Below are positions 49,001 to 62,439 of a stretch of 64,000 nucleotides of DNA, in pieces. Location: NCBI GenBank assembly GCA_002633005.1, contig NMRA01000811.1, forward strand, positions 62,001 through 126,000. The letters run 5' to 3'. A model generated the notes under the pieces. It worked only from the letters and a program-made list of their open reading frames with translations, was not told where the DNA came from and ran no database searches. A program made the translations under genes and the position numbers. The stretch comes from Phoronis australis. Lineage: Eukaryota > Animalia > Phoronida. Each line of letters opens with the position of its first letter. Position 1 is the first letter of the stretch.

Positions 49001-52000
49001 ATTTTTACTCAAGTTTAGAGAGTACACCCTTGGCCCAGAAACAATGCTTGCGTAAAAGCAAGTGATTACCTCAGGATTATTTGGGTAGCATTCATCGATT
49101 ATTTTGTGATCATAAAAGGATAGGACACATTGCCTTAATATGTTTTCTTAACAAGTATTACCTTTCACGTTCACCTCAGTTTTACGCTTACGATTCCGAA
49201 ACAATTCAACTCTAAACTAGTCTCTCATATTTAGCTGTTCTAGTGCCGGAAGTCTTGAAGCTGCTTTGTCTGAAAATGTTTTGATGTTCAGTAGAGCAAC
49301 GGTAAATTTCATCTTTTGCGCGAGCAAATAGTTGGCCAATCTTCACTTTTTAATCTGAATTTATCTCCCTTTTATTCATTTCGCTACTGATATCATTTCT
49401 TAGTGAAACGTTTCTCCCAAAATTTCCTGAGGCGGAATTTTTGTTTATAACCACAACCGGAGGAGGTGTGATTTGTAGCAACTGGGGGTCCTGTGGAGGA
49501 TCAGAGTTTGGCAATATCGAATTCGTCTGGGTGCCTGCACCCTACTCCCCCAATATTTTTTACCTTTCTACAGGGCCGATATTAAGTCCATTTTACCCGG
49601 CTGTTTTCTCAACATTGGGCTTGTGGCATAAATAACAAAACGGGAAACCGCCGTGCTACGATTCACCGAGTCACACAATGATTTGTGGTTTGAATGTTTG
49701 TTGTCATCGGACATGTTTTATACCGGTGTACAAATATCCAAAGTTAATATTAATAATTAGCCCCAGCGCACACAAAGCTGACGGACAAATGCTCACTGTC
49801 AACAAACGCATTCTATCAAATACCGCCAAAAACAGCTGAAACACTGTCTTACACGACTTGCTTTGACTTGAAAAACATCGCACATTCTCACACACAATCC
49901 ACAAGTCTATCAAGAAAATGTAATAATAGAAAGCATCTTCACGCTTTTGTGAGGATATTGTCAATTACAAATACCGTGGAAGGTATCAGGTAATATGCAT
50001 GTGGACCGAAGGAGAGCAATGTTGCCGGAGGCCGAAGGGACCGGTCTATATTTGCTTTATTACACGACCATTGATCCCTCTTTTCTCTGACTTTTTTGTC
50101 TCTTATTAGATTAGCCTACCAGCTTCCATGTTTTGTATCGTCTGCTTGCTTTGGGTTCAGGGTTCATGGTTTCTACAGTGTCTGATTGGTCAGATCGCTT
50201 ATAGCGGCATCTGAAGTGTGGACGGTATGAATGAAAAGTGATATTCCGTGACCAAGTTGGTCGACACTATGGTTTATATCGGAAGTTGTGGTACCGCGAT
50301 TCAGCCAGGCCCAGGCAGAGGAGAGAAATACAAGTGTCGCGATGTTATTTGGGGATGCTGTATTAACCCGAGAATGTTCATCATTATGACGAGCTGACTG
50401 AGTTCTCGTTATCTTGACCCCAACTCGAAAACTTATGATTAGAACTGATTGGATTATGAAAGAGTAAAACTGTGGAACAATTTCAAAGCAGGCATCTATG
50501 TGAGCTATCGGAGTTCTCTCATGTTGTCCCAATTTACTTCACAAATATTTTTCGAAAGTAATAGCTGTGAAATCAGTCTGTCACTTACAAGGGTCTCGCA
50601 TTTTGATAACCAGTTTTCTCCACTAAATAGCGTGCATCAAACTGGTTCTCAACACCCGGAACCCCTGCAAGTGACCATTGCTCTGTCAGGTAACTTTATT
50701 ACAAATATTTGTGCACGGCTGAGATAAGTCGGTAACTAGCATATGTGCAAACGTCTTATTGTTTGTATCTTGATTCCAGTTTAAATAAAATTTTACCAAC
50801 TAAATAACATATTTTAAGTAGCTGGAAAAGAATTTAACGAATAACATACCTAAAATTCACATAAAAAGATTTTTGCATTTGTACATCGAAAAGAATCACC
50901 ATCCTTGATCCGGTTGCAAATATCCTAAAAGCCACGTGACCTTCCATTCTTTGACGAAGAATTTTAATCGGGGGTCCCCGCAAAAATCTGATGGACAACT
51001 ATTGTTAGTGAGTGCGAGGACATGCGGCTGCGAGGAATTTTTGCACCAGGATCACAGGTCATGATTCGTTTTGGTATAATTTGAATTTTAGCCACCTTAT
51101 TCCCCAAACGCGGGTCCAGCAACTTAAACACAAATCGCCTCCGACCCCTTCAATTCACAGACGATATTTCAAATACCCTCTGAAGCAGGTGTTCAGGATC
51201 GCATTCATTCCTTGACGACGTCACCTTTAAAAGTGCAATACACCACACCAACGTTCAATTCGTTGTTACGTAAAGAGTTAATCGAAGTGCCAGTTTTTCA
51301 ATTACGTCCCACCAGTATTAATGGTAATGAGTTCAACTGTGGAATAACAGTACCCATCATGCATCTCTTTAAACAAGGGATAAACGTGACAATAAACATT
51401 AACGCAACCATCTTAAATGGATAATGAATTAAATGTATCTCAGAAGTGCCACCTGTTGATTGCTATAACTAACTATGAAAAACTGGATTCTATAAACCGT
51501 CTCAGCGAGAACTGCATACTAAATTTGCTCATTTTTTTCAAGTCAATTTATGATATTTTCAGCTAACGATTTCAGTTTTTGTTGACTTTCAAATTTGTTT
51601 GCGATGGCAAAACACAAACAGTAAATAAACAATGGAAACGTTTGGAAGATTGATGGTCATGCCGGAAAATGAGGCGAACAAAACAAGGAAGGAGGCCTGC
51701 CCAGAGAGGATATTATATGGGGTCGCATGTATACGAAGTGTCCTTTCTCTTAACATAGTGACTGTGACCGAAAACAATTTTTGGTTACGGTAGGTCTTGT
51801 GTGGTTATTTGAAGTTCTAAGAAGAATGTTAATCTAGAACAAACATTAGGCCTATGTACCCCCGCGGGGACCTACTGTACGTTGACATTTGTGTTCGTTT
51901 TAACCAAATATGATTTAATACAGACGCAAGGTTATATCATTATGAAAGGAGTGAAACCAGATATAATGCCTCATGTTTCCTTGACTTCTGGTCACGTGGA

Positions 52001-55000
52001 ATGCGTCAATAAAAAGTACTCGAAATAAGTAACTTACACGGGCTCCTCACGATCCTATTAGCTAAAGACAAATGACAAGTATGTTATCACCGTGCAGACG
52101 CAGATAAGAAAAGATGGTATGCGCTTTCATAAAACATAAAAGAGTTTCAGATAGAGTGGTTAACGCGAAACAGAAAAGATATCACCGGATTGTTACCTAA
52201 CCCAAATGTGGTTATGGGCTTCTCGCCGTGTGTGATCCAAGCATTATTCTTCTTTAATGTGAGCTGAATCATGGTTACAGACCATTCACTATCCACTCGT
52301 AGTCACCACACGTGTGACTGATCGTTTCATGAAAATCCGTGTAATATCTCATCTCGTGAAAGAGTTGCTACGAAACTTACGCAGAACTCTTTGCTGCTTG
52401 TTTTGACGAGGGGTCTCATCGACAAGAATTACGTAATGGAAGGCATTACTTACAAGTTACCAAATTCTACAATAAATAAAGGACGACTTCTCGTTTATTA
52501 TTCATCGTCAGTCTTTGTTTCGAAGAGAACCACCAGCCGGCTGGTATGCAACGTGTTGAGAAAGCAGAGAAGGGTGGAATTTATTTAGGGTGGAATTTAT
52601 TTGAAATCGGTCCGAGACAAATACACACAATGAAACGTTAGCTTCAAGAGTTAAGTTTCTAATTACAAACAAAAACCTAAATCTTAAAGTGATGAACAAA
52701 TATTTGCATAGGAATGGGTTTCTTTATCCAATGTTTCAAAAAGAACAGTAATAACAAAATATAATCCACGCAAACAGTAAAATCTTGTCACTGTTATCTA
52801 AGAACATGTATACTGTGTCACACTAAACGACAAGAATAACTAAAAATCTATGATTGCATTCCACATACGCCACACGATTTGCAATCGCATAATTCCAGAG
52901 AGGCCATGTCGTTATGTTTTTATGAGGCTTAGCAGAGCATTTCAAGGACTGACACCTTTTCGTATGGAAATCTGGCATAGTAAGGGTACCTTCATTTCTC
53001 TGGTTGTAGGGACTATTTTGGGGGAGTCGAATGATGTCGCTAGCAACAGTTAACCAAAATGTTTTTCTAATTAAGTCGATGTTATTTCACGAATGTTTTA
53101 CCAGAAAAGCAAAGATTTCTCTGCATACACTCGATGGAATGCGACAGTTTTTGGTCATACCAACAACGAGGTGGTTGAAATCATACTTATAAGAGAAGAT
53201 GGCGTGCATATCATTCATTAAATGGCCTTATCATGTTATGGTGATAAAATTTCTGATGTTAAAAGCATCAACTCTCTTCACAGGTCGCACTTGTTCCTCC
53301 AAAGTAGCGACATTGTGTTCCTATCCTTAGTTGGAACTGAAATCGGTTACAAAAAATGGCCTCGAAATTGCCGGACGGCCATACTGCCTCGGTGACGAAA
53401 ACTAATCCGCCGGGACAAGTTAATGGGTGTAAAACAATAAAGACCTGACTGTACCTCCCAAGGATAATCTGAATATGGAACAAGATGAAATCAATTATGT
53501 AACAGTAATTGGCTTAAAACAAAAGTTGTTTTTGACAGAAAGCCCGTGGTTATTTCCCCTGTAGATGGCGCTTCGGTAGATTTTTGCGTCATATTCAGAA
53601 AGTATGTATTGAATACAACCAACAGAATGATATACGCTGTCATGAAAAAATTTAAATTGCACATCAAAGTGCATTCCTATTTGATGTGACTGTTGTAGAC
53701 CACCATTTTTTCTATTTTGTCCACTAGTAGCGAATCTACGGGGGTGAAGTCCATCGCGCTCAATAAATGATTTCTGTGGAGAAACGCTTTCTGTCGTCGT
53801 TTTGTTACGAGGAACACTGACGTGTCACGAGATACCCCTAAAAAGGTGTCGTCTGTCGCGTTTCTCTGTTTTGCTCCTGCCCGAAATGTGGCCTGTGCGG
53901 AATGAGTAAAATATCCCTCAAATTCTAGATCCGCCACTGTCCATCCGTAATGCCATACAGGAGCTGTGGTAGAACACAACAGTGTTGTTTTTGTCATTCA
54001 TAGCACTTTGAGTTGTTTACATAAGCTTTGTGAAAGCTGATCCTCTCGCTTGTTGAATAACCTTCGATCATCTTGAGTAAGTTTTGTTAACATTAGGCCA
54101 ACGAGTTTGACTTTTTTATGAAAAGGATTTTAGCGCTTGTAAAACGACACAGCGTGAAAAGTGAAGCAATAATGTTTACAACTAAATTGGGCACTCAAGA
54201 TGACAGCCGTATTAACTTGTAAAACACGTATAAGTGACCAAACATTAGATGGCTTGTAGAGGATTCAGTTTCAGTAACGTATAAATACAGCGTGGTAGGT
54301 TAAAAGAAATATTCGATGGCAAAAAACAACAACCGAAAGATGTTGAGGTCGGGGCATAAAGACGCCTTTTCATTCCACAACTTCCGGTATTTCGTGAAAT
54401 CAAGTGATAAAATTCCTAAATTGGGGCAACAAATTACAGAGCAATGAAAATATTAGTTGCTGTAGCAAAATAAAACAAGTAATGTTTTGTAGCAATTAAT
54501 GGCTTGACCTTTAAAACCACCAAACCGTTGGTTTCCGTAGTGAGTCCGCGTGATGAAGACCAAGGTCGGTCAGTTTGACATTTTCACTACCCTAATTACT
54601 GCTGGAGGAAATGATGGGTTTCCTTAAGGTAAATGGGGACTAATTTAGTTGTCAGTGTGACACGGCTCGAGTTATCTAGATGGTCTTGAAGATCTCAACC
54701 CAACGGGTGTGTGGCCCCCTATTCGCGAAGTTAGGCGTGAATTTCGTCATTAGCTAAATAGAAATCGGGCAAAATTGTTGTGTTGTACTCACAAAATGTG
54801 CCGATTAGCACGAGCACGTAAAAGAGCGGAAACAGGAACTCGTCGGGAATACGCTAGGAATTACGAGTGAGCCAGGTCGTGAGTAAAAAATAATGACCAC
54901 AAACATTATGACAATACTGGCGTCAAAGCTGGTTCGCAGACATGAGGCCTTAATGTTTCGCAGACTAAAATCTGATTTCTCCAACTGTTATCTCAAGTTT

Positions 55001-58000
55001 GTTAAGTCTCGCGACGTCCAACATACAGTTTAGCATTTTGATATGATCGTTAAAATAGCTATATTCATTTTCAGAAGTTCTTGTACTACAAAACAGGTTG
55101 TCGAAAATATCAAAAATAAAAGACAGAACTCCCAAACACATCGCGTTATCTTGACTTGCGAAAACAAACCCACGCTCAAAGAATATGACAAGTAGCAGAT
55201 TTCAATACTTTCACGACTGATGACACTCGTCCAAGCCCTTGAACATGCATAGCTCAAACGGTTATATGAGTGATTCTCATGCTTTTGAATTTTCATGAAC
55301 CTTAAAATCCACTTTAAACTTAGAGAATAAAGGTTTTAAACAAATTTCACAGAAGAGTAAAGGATTTACAATGTTATTATTAAAAAAATCTCTTAAGATT
55401 AAGTTTAAAAACTTCGTTTTATATTAAACAAATTGTGAATCGAAATGACTATTGTAATTTGCAACCTTGATCACATTTGCGATTAAGTGTGCTCCTGTTT
55501 GTTTTCTCTTTCACAAATACCAGTGTTCCTTCTTTACACGAAAATAAACAAAAACAAAAACATATACTATAAAAGCCGGCAATCGACCCCGTGTGGGTTT
55601 GTAACGAAAGTAAACACTAATTAGAAAAGGCACTCGCAATTACGGAAAGCAGTGACCTCCGCTGTCCAGAGGTACAGAGAAAACAAGCACGCTGCAGCAG
55701 GTACAAAAAAAGCATAGAAACATAGTGTTAAAAAGCTTCGCATACATTCCAATATTACTGACATTCTCGGCGAGATACGTAACATTAAGGAGAGCAGTTG
55801 CATTGAATCGAACCCAATAAATAACTGGTCATGAGACACGATGACAGGCAAACTGTGTCAAAATGTATAGAAAGTCTGTAGCAACGGTGAACTACTAATT
55901 TTCAACATCCATCCGAAAATGTGTATTGAAGACCGTTACACACAAATTATCTAGCTCTTCACGAACGCTCCGGTTGCGAATTTGTGTTAGCACACAATGT
56001 AACGATCTTCAGCAAGCCGAAGCTAAAGAATTGCTGTTTAACGGCGTACTTGATTCCGGAATTTCACGATCCTATATTGAAATAAAATTGCCTTAATTTT
56101 CTCTACGCCGCTGCCTTATTGCACCTTAATGTGTATTCTATTGAACGTGTCTCTTTCAATAAACTTCATTGCTTGAGGGCTGGCTGGTTATACCATTGAC
56201 TAAATAGTTAACTAAGGGAGCCGGTGATTGGATTTCACATGTGAAAATTTCTCAAATAGAATTAAGCGAATTAAGAAAGACCTCGCAACAGGTATATTAC
56301 GCGCACAATGAAGCACGATGACAAAACGCCGAATTGGTGGCATTTTACTTTCGTTTAACCGAGTGACTATTTAATTTGTTTTATTCAATTCCGGTTGGAG
56401 CGGGTGTCAGGCTTGAGTCACCATGCGAAAACACAAAAGCTGAGGTTTTCGTAACTTCGATGTTCTTCTTACGGCATCCGATAACCTCGTTCATACTCTC
56501 CGGACCAGAGTCCAGCGCGGGTTTCTTTTAGCATGTCTCTATTGGTAAATCTTGCTTTCCTTTGAGCTTGATGACGAAGCCACGTTTTTGCTTGATAATC
56601 GTTTCACAAACTTTCATTGAATTCTTAGTTTAGGTTGCGCCTATTCGTGGACAACCAAAAGATGCAGTTACGAAAAACCACTGGCGAAGGATAACTGTAG
56701 ATAGGTTTGACTTGTCGAACAACATCGACCCTTGCCAAGCTATAAGCAAAAGGGGTACACGTATTGAGACAGTTACAGCGTGGTTAGAACACCATTACAC
56801 TTGAATTTACATGCCACGTGTATGAAGTACTTCAAGAAAGATTGATCAAACCCGCCACCGATTTCCTCACAAAACAGTCAGGACTCTCTGCACCGTTTTC
56901 AGCTCGGCCTAGGTTTACATTACATTTTGGTGACAGGGAATCCCTTAGTCGGAATTTGTTGTCTGTTGAAGCGTCTCAAATTTATTTTATCTCAGTTTGA
57001 TGCTTTGACCGCGGAGGGTATGCTTACAGTCGTTTTAAACAACCATCAAAACAAGTTGGCGCACTTTTGATGGCCCCAGTTAACTTATAATTGAAAGGAA
57101 TTAGAGAAACCGAGAATTTACTTTTCTCTACCTGTTTCCCGTGAGATCATTTACATGTTTATGGCGTAAAGCCAAATTCTATTCACAATATCTAAGAATA
57201 GCGGTATTTGTCCCTAGATTTCAAGACCTCCACAATAAACATAGTGGGCCACTTGAAGTCGCCAGTCCAGTCATAAATGTCCGTCCTACTATGGTTAGAC
57301 GAAGCATTATTTGTTTTCAAGCCTCAATTCCTAATGAGCTTCATAAAAGTAGATGGTCCAGTCGAAGTATATTTGTGGTCGACGAACACCATTCGATCAA
57401 AGGAAAATGGCAAAACTGGCGGTAGTGTGTAAGAACCAATTCATTTGTCTCATACCCTCATTCCGATTGCCAATCGCATACCCTCTCTGTTTACAAGAAG
57501 AGTAGTACGGCAATTTGAACACAAAATCGCCTTGTACTTTGTGCGAAACGGGTCATAATTGGTTCAAGATTTCTCAATGTCGTTTAGGACGATTCTGGAC
57601 TTACTAGATCAGTGAATTAACCCGCTATTAACCCGCTATTCATGATAAAAAACATACTTTTTATTCAGTCCTCGTGCCGTTATGAAACTGGTCTTATAAT
57701 TTTCCCCAGCTTACTGGGTTGTCATGGCGTGTCATTTTGCGCACCGTGCATCTGATCTCAATGAAATGCTTCGGAATTTCTTGTAAACCAAGTAAGGCAG
57801 AACGGAGACCAAATTTAGAACTTCATGATTTTATCAGACTTTATAGTTAGAAAAACAACGATTTCAGTAGGAGAAAACTCCAAAAATTTTAAGATCATCT
57901 GATGTTAAAGCTGTAAGATGTGTATTTGATTTACTGGATTAAAATGGCAGTTTGCTAGGTTATGAATATAAAAAGTTGAATAAAAATTCATTTAATCCTA

Positions 58001-59391
58001 TAAAAGCAACATTTGATGTAGTTTGGAGATATAGTCATTTACACATGAAAAAAATCCACCGAAGTCCGTTTCAAATGGGTCAAAGTTTAGACTGGTACAC
58101 AAAATTTTTATCTATATGAAATTAGAATCACAAATTCCTGTGTTTGAGAGGAACTTTTCCTTCGATTCTTTATTATGGTAGTTGTTCTCGAAATATCTCC
58201 TTGTCCGTCAGCAACCTCTTGAGCCATTTTTTTAATAAAATTCTAGGGAAACGTGCACGCCAAGTCCAGTTCGTTTACCCCGGAGTCAATGTCTGCGAAA
58301 ACAAACACATCGTTGTGAGGAACATTTTCTCTGTCACTTAGGACCAGTAAAAATGAAATATTGTCTGAAAGGACTTAAAAAATTGCGGTTGCACCTGCTA
58401 TTGAATCACGGGTCAGATTGGAAGTAATGGAGCAACAACGTTTTTGCCACAACGGGAGATCTAATTTTCAACAGCTTTAAAATCGAGAGCTGAATCTTAA
58501 CCAGCAGTCTTTCTTATCGTTGTTCTCTACTTCAGTTTACGATAATAGAAAGTCGACGAAAATTAAGCAAAGATAACACAACCGCGTGCGAAAATTCGGA
58601 AAATTAGCCTGGATCGGCTGATGCTCATACGTCAAATTGACCATCTTCGATGTTGCACAGGCGTGGTAACTATTAAAACCTGATACCGTTAGTTTCCGAT
58701 AAGGCGCACAGGGAACTTTTTCGGAAATCGTCAGTTTAAAAATATAGACTTTAGGGCGCATTTTCTGAAACACCGGTAAGGGTTTGAGGGAAACTCGACA
58801 CATGTTGAACTTCTGTACCAACTAAGCCGCCGGATCATGACCGTTTATTTAGTTCTGTTTTGAAGTCAAAGCCCGGCGACACCTTGAAAACAACGTTGTT
58901 TTAGTCCATGTTCTGGGGAAAGAAACCCTATGTTTTGTTTTTTAATACGACGGGATAGCGTTCCTAATTACGAACGATAACATCGGGGACCGAATGGAGC
59001 TGTTCACTGTTTGCTTAGACGTGAAGATTTCCCGCTAACATGACGTAGTACGCAATATTGGTTATCCTAAGTTAGTGCTGACGCAACATTTATTGATTAA
59101 CGTAAGTCACAGTTTCACCCCAAACTGAGTGGGCAAAATTGAATATCGAACATTAGGCAACCCATGTGGAGTGTGGCGTGGCTTCTTTAACTTCTTTGAA
59201 CGGAAGTGCCTGATTGGCCGAATCACTGTTGAAGTTAGCGTCGACTCACCTTTGTGACACCCAGTTGCCATTCAAATATGGCGGTGATGGCGAATGGATT
59301 TTCCTTTTCTTGATATGTTTTAGAATGTCGTCGCAGTCGCGTATGGATGTCAACTCTTTTTGAAATGGCTGCCACGATCCGACGGTAGTCA
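42304..59391 (-). CDS. APCDD1: APCDD1-family protein (Wnt inhibitor), spliced; first exon/signal peptide not located
   Basis: Three exons join in frame: PPYLNGNWVSQR|CEIRSGPEFLLRKY...YRPTSFQIPL and GEWVSTGCESRPNGQYLTR...KRATAFQSPLMRC. These are the two APCDD1 repeats, followed by a hydrophobic C-terminus. Confidence 0.85.
46624..47176 (-). CDS. APCDD1: APCDD1-like exon (first APCDD1 domain)
   Basis: Minus strand ctttcag|ATGCGAA ... ATGAAG|gtattt; CEIRSGPEFLLRKYTF. Confidence 0.85.
53725..53939. mobile_element. Small hAT-like MITE remnant in APCDD1 intron
   Basis: AGTAGCGAATCTA ... TAGATCCGCCACTG imperfect inverted ends. Confidence 0.4.
59250..59391 (-). CDS. APCDD1: APCDD1-like exon (alternative acceptor possible at 59435)
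   Basis: Minus strand ttgttctag|TG ... CAAAG|gtgagt; CDDILKHI...PPYLNGNWVSQR. Confidence 0.75.
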
Positions 59392-61689
59392 CTAGAACAA
59401 TAATGACGTTATATAAGCAACCAGTGAAACGAATTCTAACAGGCAAGGGAAGTAATTAGTGTAATCACGGCAAAACTAACAAGGAAATCTTGGGCCTCTT
59501 AAGGCACATATATAGAAGAGACTATATGGTATTTAACTGAAAATCAAAATGGATGAACCCGCCATAAGGTATAAATATATAAAAGAAGAATCTACCCTTT
59601 TTGGATTTATTTCTAGATGAGGCACCAGTTAACGAAATATACCGGATGTAGCATGGGAACTCTAAACTTTTTTTAACAGGAAACAATTCTGGTCCTCAAG
59701 GCAAGAACAAATTTCATTAGCCAACAAATTCAATCATGTTATTATATCATTTCCACGGGTGTGTGGCGGTACCTAAAATAGTCCCACAAGGTGTAGGATG
59801 TGATGAAAATTGGGATAGACAGATCAAAAGATATATTTCATGGAGTTGTTGACGTTTCAATTTCAGCACTGAGATGATACCCTTAAAATCATTTTTACAG
59901 CCAGCCTGCACATAGACTGGTTAGGTCACGTCAACGGCACCGACAACCTATGAAAGAATTTTCCCACTTCATTTGAGTTAAAAACTTCATGAAACGGATT
60001 TTAAGCGCATTAGTTCAGTCGAAGAAACTCAAGCACAAATGATGCTCATTCAAAACAAGTCCAAATATTTTCCAACTTAACTGAATTTAATGTGAATTTT
60101 TTTTGTTAAATTTTTACTTATGGTGGTACACCACCGACTAAAATGGCCACCGTAATGAGTGACAGCTGTCTCATCGTGGTACTCACTCGACTACCGCCAT
60201 ATGCAATGAGGTTCCTGCGGAACCCGTGCACTTTTTGAAAAAAAATAATAGTAAAATATGACAAAGACAAGCAGGCCTGAAAGCCCTGAATGTCTCAAAT
60301 TTTTATACTTTAGTGATGTCTTTCATCCTGTATTCTAAATTTGGGAATGTAAAGGACTTCCTTTAAGCAGGGAGTAAATTAGTCCACATGTCTCCAGTAC
60401 AATTGTTTATTTTTAATGAACTCTTTGTGAGAAAGGATTAGATATATTAATGACGAACGCAAATAGGAGAGTTTTCATGCAAAAAGATAGAAATCCGTTT
60501 CACCACTGATATTATGACAGTAAAGTAATTTCTGTTTGGTGTGTAGGCGAAGACTACTAATCTTAATTATTTCATTTTAGTAAAACGACGATAAACGATG
60601 GCACTCATTGACAGCCATACTATTCCGATTCACAAAGAAGTTCGCTTTGTTAACGTAACAATAACCTTGCCAAATTCGTTCAGTTGAAGTACCTCAGTTA
60701 CGCCCAACCTACTTTAAAACAACTTGAAAATTTTCTAATTTCGTTTCAACAACAGTTTGAAAACTACGCCTTTATAACGCTAGAGGATTAGACCTTCGAG
60801 AATAAATTAAATTCCTAAATGAATAGCGGATTGCATTTATGACAAAACCAGAACCATCGCGAGCGGTTTGCTTCCGTCTGGAATCGAGCAGAACACGAGG
60901 AAAATTGAAATTCAAAACAAAACTGGGTGAATTCAAAACAAACAGATGGCTTGAATAACACATTATGCATTTTCGTGATGTTAATTCGATGTCCATGTGT
61001 CAGCGGTGAGACATCGTGTTTATTTTTCCAAAAGCATAGCTTTGTTGCTGTTGTCTTACAGTGAATCTCAGAAAAGTGACGAAGAATTGATGAGGGCTAT
61101 TAATGTCGCAAAAGAGTGATGGAGACACAAGATAAATCTTTTTAATGGCTTGTATTCCTGTCGCCTTCTATTCTCGAGTATCCCCGTGTTTCACTGACAG
61201 ACGTAAAATAACACCCAAACCAAATTTCAGAAAAGTAATTTTTATAAAAAGGCAGATAAAAGTACCGCCAGAAGGCAGTCCAGTGGCTAAAAATCATCGC
61301 ACGCAATGGCGTTATGTCTGTTACGAGTAATTTGCGTAACAATAATTTCCAAAATGCTAAAATTTTGACCAATTACGTGCGATAACAATGGATTAACAGT
61401 TTGTCACACATCACGTCGTTGGATTGTAACATGCACTGAAAAAAGTGGGGGCCCTTTGTGGTGCACCGCCTATAGACCATGGGCGGCGCAGCACTGAAAA
61501 AAGTGGATGCTATTACCCCCCGTCATCCCCCCTCTCCCCCAACCCCCCACATGTGGAATTTTCAGACGGATAATACGGACAATCTGCCGTCTCGTGCTCG
61601 CACACAGGGTGGCTCAGGGGGGGGGGGGCTCGAACGAGAGAATCAAAAATCCGAAAAAGTTGAAAACGATACAAAAGTCCACTAAAAAG

Positions 61690-62037
61690 NNNNNNNNNNN
61701 NNNNNNNNNNNNNNNNNNNNNNNNNNNNNNNNNNNNNNNNNNNNNNNNNNNNNNNNNNNNNNNNNNNNNNNNNNNNNNNNNNNNNNNNNNNNNNNNNNNN
61801 NNNNNNNNNNNNNNNNNNNNNNNNNNNNNNNNNNNNNNNNNNNNNNNNNNNNNNNNNNNNNNNNNNNNNNNNNNNNNNNNNNNNNNNNNNNNNNNNNNNN
61901 NNNNNNNNNNNNNNNNNNNNNNNNNNNNNNNNNNNNNNNNNNNNNNNNNNNNNNNNNNNNNNNNNNNNNNNNNNNNNNNNNNNNNNNNNNNNNNNNNNNN
62001 NNNNNNNNNNNNNNNNNNNNNNNNNNNNNNNNNNNNN
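61690..62037. other. Assembly gap (348 N)
   Basis: Run of N near poly-G/poly-C tracts. Confidence 0.98.
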
Positions 62038-62327
62038 CACCCCCCCCCCCCCCCCCAATAAGGATCGGCTGTTACAAACGTGTGCCACGAATAAAAGAGA
62101 ACAACTCAGGGAGGCACATGGACGTGTATTCGGAAATTTCTGCATCATTTAGGTGCATGGGTTGACGTTTCGAGCGACAGCATTACTCAAAATCAAAACT
62201 TGGCCGAGCACTGTAATTGTCACTAGCACGTGGACTAGATTTCAATAAACAATGTTAGCGTGATCTTTCCCTTCATCTTCTGAGCCAGTCCAGCACCACG
62301 TGTAACTTACACCGTGGCATTACATTG

Positions 62328-62439
62328 TTAAGTACGGTGGCTGGGAACGGACATCGCGCGTTTCTTTTTTAATTATCTCGGAATCTTGAGATCTATAAAT
62401 AAGAAATACGCGATGTCGTTTCCCATCCGCCGCAGTTAA
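62328..62439. repeat. Long imperfect inverted repeat (hairpin) bounded by TTAA
   Basis: ~45-bp arms: TTAAGTACGGTGGCTGGGAACGGACATCGCGCGTTTCTT pairs with AAGAAATACGCGATGTCGTTTCCCATCCGCCGCAGTTAA. Confidence 0.7.

Noticed and set aside
47266-59200. Short ORFs in the 12-kb APCDD1 intron as a nested gene
   Set aside because: No recognisable domains, no consistent exon chain, and lengths compatible with chance
61479-62148. ORFs of 184 and 211 aa
   Set aside because: They span the N gap and are artefacts
62305-62325. Micro first exon (ATG CCA CGG T|gtaagt on minus strand) for APCDD1-like
   Set aside because: Phase fits the 59391 acceptor but gives no signal peptide; unsupported without transcripts
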